64,000 nucleotides of DNA from Amphiscolops sp. MND2022. Taxonomy: Eukaryota. Each line of letters opens with the position of its first letter. Positions within the stretch are counted from its first letter, which is position 1. The position numbers and the translations under genes are program-made. The DNA lies in NCBI GenBank assembly GCA_964187785.1, contig OZ076409.1, positions 61,382,001-61,446,000 on the forward strand, in the 5' to 3' direction. Positions 13,001-25,000 of this stretch are shown here, one piece after another. The notes under the pieces were generated by a model. The model saw only the letters and a list, made by a program, of their open reading frames with translations, was not told the DNA's origin and made no database searches.

Positions 13001-16000
13001 GAGCGCAATGCATTATCTTCAGGTTTGAAATGACATCTAAAGTTGAAGCGCCAAAAGACTACAAGGCTTTAACGAAGAAGTATTTCACTAAACTAGAGAA
13101 TGATGTTTACAAGTGCCACTGTGGAAAACTTCTAAAAAGGAAAGATGGCTGATAGAACTGCCTGATATATTTGCACTCATTTGCAAGAAGTATATTCATG
13201 TCAATAGTAGCATTGTGAAAAACAAAGACTTCGAGAATGGCGTCGTAAAAATATTGAACTCTGATGAGAATCTGACTTTGCAAGAGAACTTGGCCGTGAA
13301 AAAATTGCGGCTTCATGTCCAAGAAGTTGAAGAGATGGGGAAGGAGAATGAAGTGCCCTTGGATTTTGCCATGGAAATTCTGAGGAAGAGAAGATGCGAG
13401 CGGCGGTCAGATAAATATTTGGACTGCAGATTTCTGGTTCCCACGTCGAACTTGATGGAGAGACTTTTCAGCCGGGTTGGATATGCTTATGATGACTTGC
13501 GACGGAAGATACAACCTATTTATCTGGAGCAGCAGCTGTTTCTGATGTCGAACAAGAGACTGTGGGACCTGAGTCTCGTCAACGAAGTCGTCAACGCTAC
13601 TGAATGACTCTTTGAGTTCATTATTTTTGGGCAAATTTTCATCAATTTTGTCTGAATTTATGCATTGACAACTGTTGTTTTGATTTGCCAATTATTGCAA
13701 TAATTGTTTCATGAAGTGTCCAATTTTCAATTAATTGGTTTTTAAAATTTTAAATGCCAATTTAATTGCAATTAATAATTGCGGACCCCTGGTTTATAGT
13801 TCCCTGTCAAAGACGGTTGAATTGTATATCCTGGTGCATTTTGATGTATTTTTTATCTTGAGGAGCGGTTTTTGTTGGAAATTTCCGTTAAATTTATCGA
13901 TTTCCATTAATCTCGAAGGACATTAAGTGTTGTGGTTTCCAGATTCTTGAGACATCTTTGCTTTCAATTTCGAAAATGGATGAAAAATTCTCGCATTGTT
14001 ATCCTTATTTATCTGCATATTTACAATAGTATATGATAGGGTTGTTCGAAATAGTAAAAAATATAGTAGGATCTTTTATTCCACATAAAAAAATTTTGTT
14101 AGGTGTTAATCTTTCGTTCGCTTGAATCAACTGCATTTACTCAATTTAGTCTCAATTTAGAGCTAAATATAGTCTCAACGGTATTATTGGTTGGTTTGTA
14201 ATCTCGATTGGTTTAAGAAAACAGTTAACGGGTTTTGATTTAGGTGTTAATCTTTCGTTCGCTTGAATAAACTGCATTTACTCTGAGCTAAATATAGTCT
14301 CAACGGTATTATTGGTTGGTTTGTAATCTCGTTTGGTTTAAGAAAACAGTTAACGGGTTTTGATTTAGGTGTTAATCTTTCGTTCGCTTGAATCAACTGC
14401 ATTTACTCAATTTAGTCTCAATTTAGAGCTAAATATAGTCTCAACGGTATTATTGGTTGGTTTGTAATCTCGATTGGTTTAAGAAAACAGTTAACGGGTT
14501 TTGATTTAGGTGTTAATCTTTCGTTCGCTTGAATAAACTGCATTTACTCTGAGCTAAATATAGTCTCAACGGTATTATTGGTTGGTTTGTAATCTCGTTT
14601 GGTTTAAGAAAACAGTTAACGGGTTTTGATTTAGGTGTTAATCTTTCGTTCGCTTGAATCAACTGCATTTACTCAATTTAGTCTCAATTTAGAGCTAAAT
14701 ACGTAGGAAAACAGTTAACGGGTTTTGATTGACAAAGAATAATTTGAAGAAGTAAGTGCTATTGTTAATTGCGGTGGCGTCGTTTGAACCTTTTCACTCT
14801 TCTAGTGAAAGGAATGTGACATTTGAAAGCGGAAAAGTGTAATTAGTGAGAAAATGTGAGCATGGTAAATTTGTTGGCTTTATAAACTTTGATTGGATTA
14901 TTTGTTTTCGTGAATTTGATGTCTTGAGGTGGAATTGATTGTTCAAAAGGCATTTAAAAACCCTCTAAAAATTATTTTTTGCATGGCTGTCAAAGAATGA
15001 TTTTACCTCGGAAAAGCAATCAGAAATAACAGAAAAGCAAAACGTTCTGTATCTTCTACAGTGCGCAAAATGCAGTTTGAGTGTTTAAAACTTGTTAAGA
15101 TATCATTGCCAACTATGTAAAGAAAGAACTGCAACATGGCTTCGTTTCCTTTATTTTCCGCCCATATTTCCATGCTGGGAACCAAAATTACTGCGGTGCG
15201 TTTCTTTCCATGTTTGCGGGGTTTGCGATGTTCCAATTTTATATCAAGATTATACAGTTTCTTCTAACTTGAAACTAATTTCGTTGGAGATCTTGGAACT
15301 TATTTGGAATGACTAAAATGACCCCAAAATAGTTTGAATTCCAAACTTTTCAAAAGTTGACCTTATTTGGGATGCTTCCCTGGGTCTGAACATGCAAAGC
15401 GTTAAAGAGCTAAAATATTAGCTACTAAGCGTACTTTTTTTCAGAAATAGCTGTTTTCTTTTTAAAAAAATTGTTTCAAAAGAACCAAAGTTTCCTGTTT
15501 TTGATCATCATGGTGTAGTGGCTTGCAGAAGAAAATTGGAATTCTCTTGTTTTGAATGGGGGTCAAAACTCTTGACTTTGATGAATCACTTTTTTTCGAA
15601 TTTTGACAATAACTAATAATGGCGCGTGACAAATTATTCACAGATTTCCATTACACTCCAGGGGACATAACTGGTGGTCACTCTTCACAGTTTCGCCAGT
15701 CTTGGTTTTGAGTTTGCACTTTCGGACAATGTTGTCCGACCCTGGATAAACTTCTGTGTCACAAGACCCGAAGGCCCTAGTCTTCGGGGCGAGTTGTTCT
15801 CAAGAATCCACACCACTTAACCACACTTAATTGCATCTTCGGTCGTACGCCACTCTGATTGGGGCCTGTGTCGGCAAATACTCTTTCATGAGTCTTGTCC
15901 AGAATTGAGTGGCAATAGACTCGTACTGTCTGTTCAGTTGAATGCGTTTATCGGTGTGTTTGTTCGCTTCCAATGTCGTTGCCAAGTTGCTGCACCATGG

Positions 16001-19000
16001 GATGATGAAATGGTTGGGCGTGAGGCATTCTATGTCGTTGCTAAATGCTGAAGCTTTGGTCAGGGGTCTGCTATTCATAATTCCTTCCACTTGGCAAATG
16101 AACGTATTGAATGACTGTTGGGCTCAATTTCGAGTTCCAGACATTGAGTAGAGGATTCTCATCGCTATTCTGATTAAACGTTCCCAAGCTCCTCCTTGAT
16201 GTGGAATTCCAGGGATATAGGGATCCTAGTTCTATCTTTCCAAGGTTTTGGCTGCTGCGTGGAATGTACTTGCGTTGTGAGATACTATACTCGTTGGTTT
16301 TCCTTGCCGGCTCGCGAATCGTCTGATCGGTAGTAAGCATGAGTCCGTTGTTAGGTCTTCAACAACTTCGAAGTGCACTGCTCTTGTTTTGGAACATGTG
16401 ATAATGCAGACGTATTGGCTGATGCGTTGATTTTTTTGATATACCGGAAAGGGTCCAAAGTAGTCAATTCCAATATCTTCGAAAGCTGCAGGTGTTTTCG
16501 CGAATCTAAACTCTGGCAGGTTACCCATTTTGGCTTGACTAGGTAGCTGTCGTTGGCGTTTGCAGATGAAACAGTTGTAGATTAATTGTTTGAGTGTGGT
16601 TGTCAAATGGGTCATCCAGTGTTCTTGTTGCAGTATTACTATGCGTTCTAGTCCAACGTGTCCGTCATCTCCGTGTATGTGCTGTATGTAGAGTCGTATG
16701 ATGTAGTGCTTGGCATCCACGATTTGAGGGTTTTTTTTCGAAAGTTGATTAGTGCTTTTTGAATTCGGCTAAGTGATCGAAGTGTTATGCTTGCTTATCG
16801 AGATATGGGTTGAAGTTGACAAGCTTGCTGCGTGCTTTAGTGCTTTAACGGCTTGTGTTTTTTGGATGTCCTTGATGCATTCCGGAAAGCTTCCGTTTTG
16901 TGTGACCCTGAAAAGAATATCTTTAATCCGCTGATATCGTTCTTTTACTGTGGATAGTCGTCGTTTGGCAAGATCCAGTGTCTTCATAATGTAAAAGGTG
17001 GTTCAATGTTGTCTTTTCCACGATGAGAATCGTTCGTAGTACACGAAGGTGTGCGGTGTATTGCAGATTATGCTGTAGGTTTGTTGTATGTCGTCTGTTT
17101 CTGCTGCCGGCATATTCTTTACGGTGTTGGGTGTGGTTTCTGCGATAGTCCGAGGCCATAAATGTGAAGGCAACTTGAGAACTGGTCCATTCAGTCATTG
17201 CGAGTGTTTGAGTTCTGTTGTCTTGATACCTCGGGTTCCTTCGTCGACTGGACGTGTTTTGTAGGTATGTATTTTCAGTCATCTGCAGTTGTAGTGTGTC
17301 GTATTTCGTGTAGTCTGTTGGCCTTATACGTCTTCTTTCTGTTGTTTTTGTTGTAGTCCAATATAGCACAACCGTGCTGTCAGTCCAGTGTGTGATTTTT
17401 GAGATCGGCAGGGTTGTGTTTCTGATTGATGCTCTTTGTAGTCGGATCCTTGTAGTTCGTTTCGGATTGGTCTGTGGTTTCAATTGGGCGACTCTTGTTT
17501 TCCCATGATGAACTTCGTACGGTAGACTGTTTTGTCTGCGAATGGAATGAAAATGACTGTGGCGAGGGCCTGAGTTGAGGCATCGCAGAAGACGTCTTGT
17601 TCTATTGGCTGAGCGGTAGGCAGATTGTAATATCGAGGAATTTGTATTTTTTTTCAATTCTGCTGAATTAGTGGTCCAGTGCTCGACGAATTGTTGAAGG
17701 TCCCGGGGTAGTTCTTCGTCCCAGTGTTGTCTATTTCGCCATATCTCTTGTAACTTTATCTTCATGACAATTGACAGTTGCTGTTATTCCCAGTGGGTCA
17801 AAAAGTCGTGAAATAAGTCGCAACAGTTTGCGTTGAGTCCATTTCTGGAGGATGTCCGTGTTGTGTTTGTTTATGTGAGCTGCAAACATGTCTGAGTAGG
17901 AACCATGAAACTCCCAGTACCTTATGTCTGTCTCTCTTTGTGATGATTTCGCATTGTTCGTTAAAAGGCTTTCATCCAGTTCCTTGCAGAATGTTCAGGA
18001 ATTGCTACACCACTTGATGAGGTTGACGGAGTGTTTTCCTAAAACTTGTCTCAGTCGCTGATGTAGTTGTAGTGCTTCAGTTGATCCAACGGATTTTACG
18101 AAGTCGTCCATGTAGAAGTCGGTTCTCACAATTTCGAGAACATCTGGATAGTTCACAGCGTTGTCTCTGGCTCCTTGTTGTAAAGCGTCGATTGCGCAAG
18201 CGGGTGAGTCTCTTGCGCCAATTATGTGTCTTTGGTGGAATTCCTTCGGTGGTTTTTTGAAGTCTTCGTTCCACAAAAATCTTTTCGGACTCCAACTTGC
18301 ATGAAATACCTATGTCAGTTGTGATGAGGATTGGCTTCTCGCGACTGCGTAGTATGATTCCAACTAGGTCGTCCAGTAGATGATCGTTGAGGCATGTTCC
18401 ATCGAAGACAGCGGCGGCGTTGGCGATGCGGCGAGTCTTTCCCGGTTTCGCCGGGCTGACTATCCGATAGTGTGGTAGAAACCACTTTGTGTTGTCTTGT
18501 TCCTGTGCTCTGGGTCCATAACTTTCCATTTTCCACCAAGATTTGACGTCTTCAAAAAGTTGTTGCTCGTGGCTTTGCAGGTGTTGATTTTGCAGGTTGA
18601 TTGGTGAAGTCTGCAAAGTGGCTGCTGGTTGATGTGTTTCTGTTCTGTAGTTTTCGGCATCTGTTTTCCTCTGAAAACAGCTGTTTGTCGATTCCTTTTG
18701 TGACAGGTGAACTAATGTAGTGTTTTCTCTGTGGCTCTGGCTTTTGTTATGAGATGCTTCCGATGGCTGATTTTTGTTAACTGTTCTGAATCCTTGTCTT
18801 TTGGTGAGGTGTGATGAGTTACCGGCTATTTGGAAGTGTCTATGAAGTAAAGTGTTGTGTCGTTCATTGCAGTTGCTATGTTGGCAATTCTTCTTTGAGG
18901 GGCAGTTGGCGATGCGGTGGTCTTTGTTCAGGCTGTTAAAGCAGAGACCACTGTTTCTTGTAGTCATCTGTTCCGGGCTCTGTGCGATGAAAATTGGGCA

Positions 19001-22000
19001 TTTGAAAATTTTGTGTCGTCCATCTCCTAGCAGGCTAGTTGTTGATTGACTTGTTCATCCTTTGCTGTTGCTGGTCTGTGTTGTGAATGTCTGTAGTGTA
19101 TGCAGTTGTTGGTTATTGTCTTCTAGTTTCAACCAGTCGCAGAAGGTAATCATATTTGGTCGGTCGATGCGGCGGTTGACGATGTATTGTTGCCTTTGTA
19201 TAAGGTCTGAGGTAATTTCTTGACGACATAGCGCAAGTTTGTTGTTGATTCCAGGTCACCTGTGTGTTCTAATTGCTGTAGGTTGCGAATCATTCCTTTG
19301 ATGAAAGTTGCGTAGTTGATATACGATTCAGGGAGACCTTCGATTGGTGGTTTGTGGTTCATGAGTTGTTGAACGCATTGACAATTGTCGTTCAAACTTT
19401 CTTTCGAGGTGTTGCAGGTCATCATTGTCGAATTGTCCGTTGCAGTGGAAATGAAGAATGGCGTCTTTTACCTTTCCTGTTACTCGTCCTTGTAGATACG
19501 CGATCTTCTGGTTGTTGCTGAGTGGCGTGTTGCCGATCATGAAGTCGAAGCGACTTCTCCAATTAGACCACTGTTGAGGGTCTCCAGTGTAGGGTTCAAT
19601 GTTCATCTTTGGCAGTGTGTTCATGTAAGGTCCAAATGTCAGGTCATATGGTATTCCAGAGAGATCTGCTATGGCATTCGTAGCTGTTTGGACTGCGGAT
19701 GCTGCTGTCAGTGACCCTTGTCGGTCCTCTTGGTTGTCTGCTGCATTTGCTTGATGATTTTCGATGGTCTCTGGTTGAACTGTTGTCGTCTGTGATCTTC
19801 ATCGTTCGTTGCGTCGAAACTGACATTGGCTGCACCTCCTGTTTGGGTGTTAGCGACGTCGAGTTGATTAGCTGTCATGGTTTGAGAAGAAGACGTTGGC
19901 GTTATGTTTACCTGTGTTCCGCTGATGGGCATACTTACTTTCTGGGAGAGGTCATCGACTTGTAGGTGAAATTGAGATAGCTGGTCGATCAGTTCGGTTG
20001 GTTCTTCTGAGGGTTCGTCATTTGCTTCATAAGTTCCCTCTTCTAAGTGTTCCAAGTCTTTGTTGTGCAGTGTTTTTGTAATGGTTTATGGCAATAAACT
20101 TAGGGTTTTCTGACTCTATTTCTTTTGAAAAACTGGTTAACGCTTACGTCATTTTTAGCTGACGTCTCGTCGGAGGTGTCACCAAAAAATTTTAGAAGAA
20201 AATTGGAATTATCTTACTTTAATTGGGGCTCGAAACTCTTGACTTTGATGAATCACTTTGTTCGAATTTTGACAATAACTCATAATGGCACGTGACAAAT
20301 AATTCACAGATTTCCTTTACATTGTTAAAGGACTAGGCATGTGTTGGTGCGAAATACAGTACGAATCTCTCTCGACTCAGCATTGTTGGGTTCCGAGTAA
20401 TTTTAGAAGGGTACCGAATTCAAAAATCAAAATAGGGGACTTCGGAATTGAACTTTCCTCGTTCTGAACTTCCGTTTGTTTTTTGCTACTGGTTTCCGAT
20501 TTTCGAGTTTGAGTGGGTATAAATACCTTGTTTTAATTTTTTATGAGAAATGATGAAGTTCCCATAAATGCAAAAACGTTCTATTTTGAGAGTTTTTAAA
20601 GACATTTTGTTATTTTTTGCCAGTAGTGTCAATCGAGAGATAATACCTTCTAATTGATTTACGTGGAGCCGATTTCAGAGGTTTAGTTTCATTGTCGAGA
20701 AATACTTGATAGAAAGGAAGTAGCAAAAATGTCACTTTTATGCGAATTTAAAGACGTTTTCCCCCCAAAATTTTCCCCGTTTAATTCTTACTTTTTGGAA
20801 TGTCATTTATCCTTGCAGTTTTTTAGTCGCCGCTTAATGACATCGAGCGCGACTATTATAGTCGATTTTCGTCGTTTTTATTACAACCCCGTCGAAGGGA
20901 ACAAAAAAGATCTACGAAGATCTACAAAAAGTCTAAGATCCCTTTCATTTTTGCTGTTTTTATTCGGTTTACAAAGCGATGCTTGAGTCTCTAGCACTGT
21001 GCGGTTTGTTTTAGAATTTTTTTGATTGACATGGATTGCAATACTACAAATTGTGCGGACATAACACATTTTGGCGCACCTAAGTCTACGTCAATTTGGT
21101 CCTGCGTTCTGTAGCCCATTTTACTCGTCCAGTCATTTGCTTTTCACATATAACTGCTTGCAATCTACGTTCTGTGGACGAAATTTAACATTTTTGGGGT
21201 TTTATCAGTTGTCAGTTGGGACTGTGCCAAAATTAGATAATCGATTTTTTATTTTATATACCAAAAGGTTCATTTTTTGAACTCACTATCATAGCAAGAG
21301 TGCCTCCACAACGCGGCACCTGATTTTTGTGATACGTTGACTTCATAATATTCATTTACTGTGTTTTTAGTTTGTCTGCTGTATACATAAACACCATAAT
21401 ACACCTATTTGTTCTTAACCTGAAGGGAAATCCTTTGCAGGTATTGGGGGCTACGCACGTCTGGGCGTGACATTAGTACGAGCAGGGTTCCCACACTTGA
21501 TGAGTCACGTGACACAGACAGCACAGAACGCAGCCAATAGGATAACAGAAACTGGCAACAGGATCCGCAACTCGAGAATAGTGAGTCACAACCTGTCCAC
21601 TCCAGGAGACCACAGCGAGCCTGCTTCTCTCAGGGGAGTGGCTTCTACTGGCAGGTGCGAGGACAGGAATGGAGGGGCTTCCAGTACGGGCAAGAGGAAA
21701 CACAGAAACAGGATTCCTGATGAGTTCGCCAATTTGCCAGAGTCCGAGGAAACAGGTATTAAACATTACGTCACGAAATTGGATTTTTCAAAAGTAACTT
21801 CTAAATAGTTGTTGAAATGTCTCAAATGGAAAAATATTACAAACCATTAGACTACTTAAACCGGATCCCGATGATTCGGGTTTCTGTAATAAGTTCAATA
21901 TATGGTATAGGTCTTAGACTCTATTTCATTATCAGTAATGTATTGTTTTTATCCGGTTAATTTGTAGTCCGGATCGTTCTCTTGAATATTTCCTTCCGTA

Positions 22001-25000
22001 TATGGAAAACCTCGGCAGATGTAAGTGCTGTGTATCTCGAATTTCTTCACAGGTGTGAATCTAGTTAACATCACAATCCAGTCTGACTCAGACTACGGGG
22101 GTTGTTCCAACACAAGAGAAATAGACGTGAACAGTGTCAATTATGGCTCTGATGTCACAAGCGCGGCCGGTGAGATTGCCCCCACTGATGTGTCCATGGT
22201 CATAGACTCTCCTCCCCACAACATTGACTCAGCCAACAAAATGGGCGCCGGATCCTCTCAGTCAGATCCAGGTTGGTGTTCATGACAGAGAAATATCGTT
22301 TCGACATTGTTGTCAAAACGTGCCAAAAAGTAATTTGGTGCGAAAATTGAGCCTCTGATTAAAATCTCATTTTTCAAGCAAAACCGAGATCTGAGCGGAA
22401 AGAGTGCCTGACTTTTGCTTTGTTGTTTGGTTTGTTTTAACGTCATTCGTAGTCGAATTTGTAATACTTATCTGATCGATTAGTGGGGGACTCGGTTCGA
22501 TTACATGTCAAAATCTATGTTAACCTCATAAGTCAAAAAAAGTTAATCAAAACACTGGTTGCATGACTCTCCAGGTCACTTTCCGTCAAAATAATCGCTG
22601 GAGAAGGGGCTTTGCATCGCTTCTAAATTTAGAGCACTGTCGATAAGTGAACGTAGCTAATCACAATTCTATAATTTAAGATTCGATTCAAGTTGGTTGA
22701 TACTATTCTCGTTGGTTGCAGAAAATGTGCTGGAAAAGCGTCGGGTGAAGATTGCGGACGAAGACGAGCACAGTCTGTTCAGTTGGATCAAGTTGACCTT
22801 GACTCTGAACATGGGTGACTTCGGTCACAAGGTCAACTCTGATGCCGTGCAGTACTTGCACTTCCAGAGACACGTGATCGGCTTCATGTCGCTCAACACC
22901 ATCTTCTGCATACTTGTTTTGTTGCCAATCAACATCATCGGGGGAGTCAGATACAACAATAAAGAAAAATAGTGAGTTTTTTCAACACCGACGAATTCAG
23001 CTAAAAAGTTGGAAATTGAAATTCAACATATTTTTAAAATTCAGTCGTCAATTCAGCAGATAAATAGTCGTTTTTGATATAGCATTTGTTGGAACTTTTC
23101 CGAAGAAAAACGTCAGATATTTTTATCATTGACTTCTATTGATTATGAGTGTAAAATTGAATTATGGCAAAATAAGTGGAAAAAAGGCAGCTGAGAGACA
23201 TTTCCGTTATTCCATCTTAGAAATTATGGGCAAAAATACTGAGAAGGAGTGTTGATGTTTTTCTTTTCAGTTTCGGACGTTTAACCTTGAACAATTTGGA
23301 ACCTGACAGCAATCTCCTGTTAGTGCATAGTGTGCATGCATTCGCTATGTGTGTAATGATGTTCATAATCATGGAGCGATTCGACCGCAAATACGTGCGA
23401 AAAGAAGCCTCCAAACAAACAACAGTTTTGGTGCGAAACTTCCCCATCACGCGAATTTTGCAGGAACCCTCGGTACAGGGGAAACCCCATCTGGTCATTA
23501 ACAAACTGGAAAACTATTTCATGAAAGTGCTCAAAGTTTTACCCGCAAATTTTCAAATTTACTTAGTGTACGACGTGGGCGATTTGGAAAAACTGGTGAA
23601 ACAGTATAACAAGTTTACGGAATGTGTGGAATATGTTTTGCGTAAAAATGCCAAGAAAAGTGTGGCCGATGCTTCTGCTGGAACTTCCAGTGAGGACAAC
23701 ACGATAGAACTCAGCAGTTTAGCAACGTGTTCAAAGAACGCCTCAACCGAACAAGAGTTCACTGACATAATCTGCGCGGCGGCCGAAGTTGAAGACGATT
23801 TGGGGGCGGAGCATTCGAGGGAGAAACGAAAGGCGACTTCCACTTCGAAACGAGCGCCCATCTCGTCGACCCAGCACCCGTTGTACGGAACAAGTTGTAC
23901 GGAGTCAAACTGCACGCTACCTGGGGAACAAACTTATGTGATGACTGAAGGAGCTCTAAATGCTGATAACGCGTTCAGAGTTAACAATGGGTCTGCTAAA
24001 CGTAAGTGAACAAGTTGCAAACTATTGAAACATATATCAACTGTTTATATCAGCCGACTTGAAATCATGTCACTAGTAATTTAGACAATTAGATTTGAAG
24101 TCTTTTATTACTTCCACGCTCACCATAATACCGCTAGTCACTTGAGTATACCTATAGGTCACTTCCAGAAAGTTTTTTTCTGACAACGATCTGAACTTTT
24201 CAATTTGCTTCAAATTTGTGTTTGTGATTTCCGAAAGAAAGTTCTTGATATCAATCAGATGAAATTGCTGGTTATAAATACTTCAAGAAGGGAAATATTT
24301 CATCTGCTGTTCTGTTTCTGTTATGAAAAATTTGAAATCAGGATTTTCCTATTTGGGCGATTCGTGTACAGGTAATTTTCACTTGTAACCACATAGACCT
24401 TGGGTTGGAATTGATTTTGAAACTTCTGAGGGGTTAAGTAGTTTGTAAATTAGTTATTAGTTTGGACTCGTACTGGTATCATTGTTTTTTTCTTAGATTT
24501 CATTTGGTCACTGTTTCACCGTGAGTTGAATGAATCAGTAGAGCAGCCAAATAACTGTATTCAGTCTTGAATGACACTCATCTACTTTTCGCTTTTTGTT
24601 ATTTCATCAATTGCTGAGATTTTGTGACTGTTCAAAAATCTATGTAGATGATGGATTTCTCCTCCTCGAACTGTTTGTTGATACCTAAGTTCTCTACCAC
24701 TGCATTTACTTGTTTATACTTTGATAAATGTTAATTTCTAATTGTCCTTGAATGGGATGTGGAAGATAGCTTCCGATCAGAAAATGCTGAACGATGGAAA
24801 GGTTCTCAATCGAATCTTAGCTGATCTATTTTGGAATGTTTTGAAAAATCCTAGTTGTTTGAAATTTTGAAATCCTGCTTGTTTCGAAAAATGCTTTAGA
24901 AGTTTATCATAGAATGCGATTAAACAGTTTTTAGGTATTATATTTCAGAAATTTTCATCGCGCTTTACCGCTAGTTATTCTAGTCTACTTAGAAACTTGT

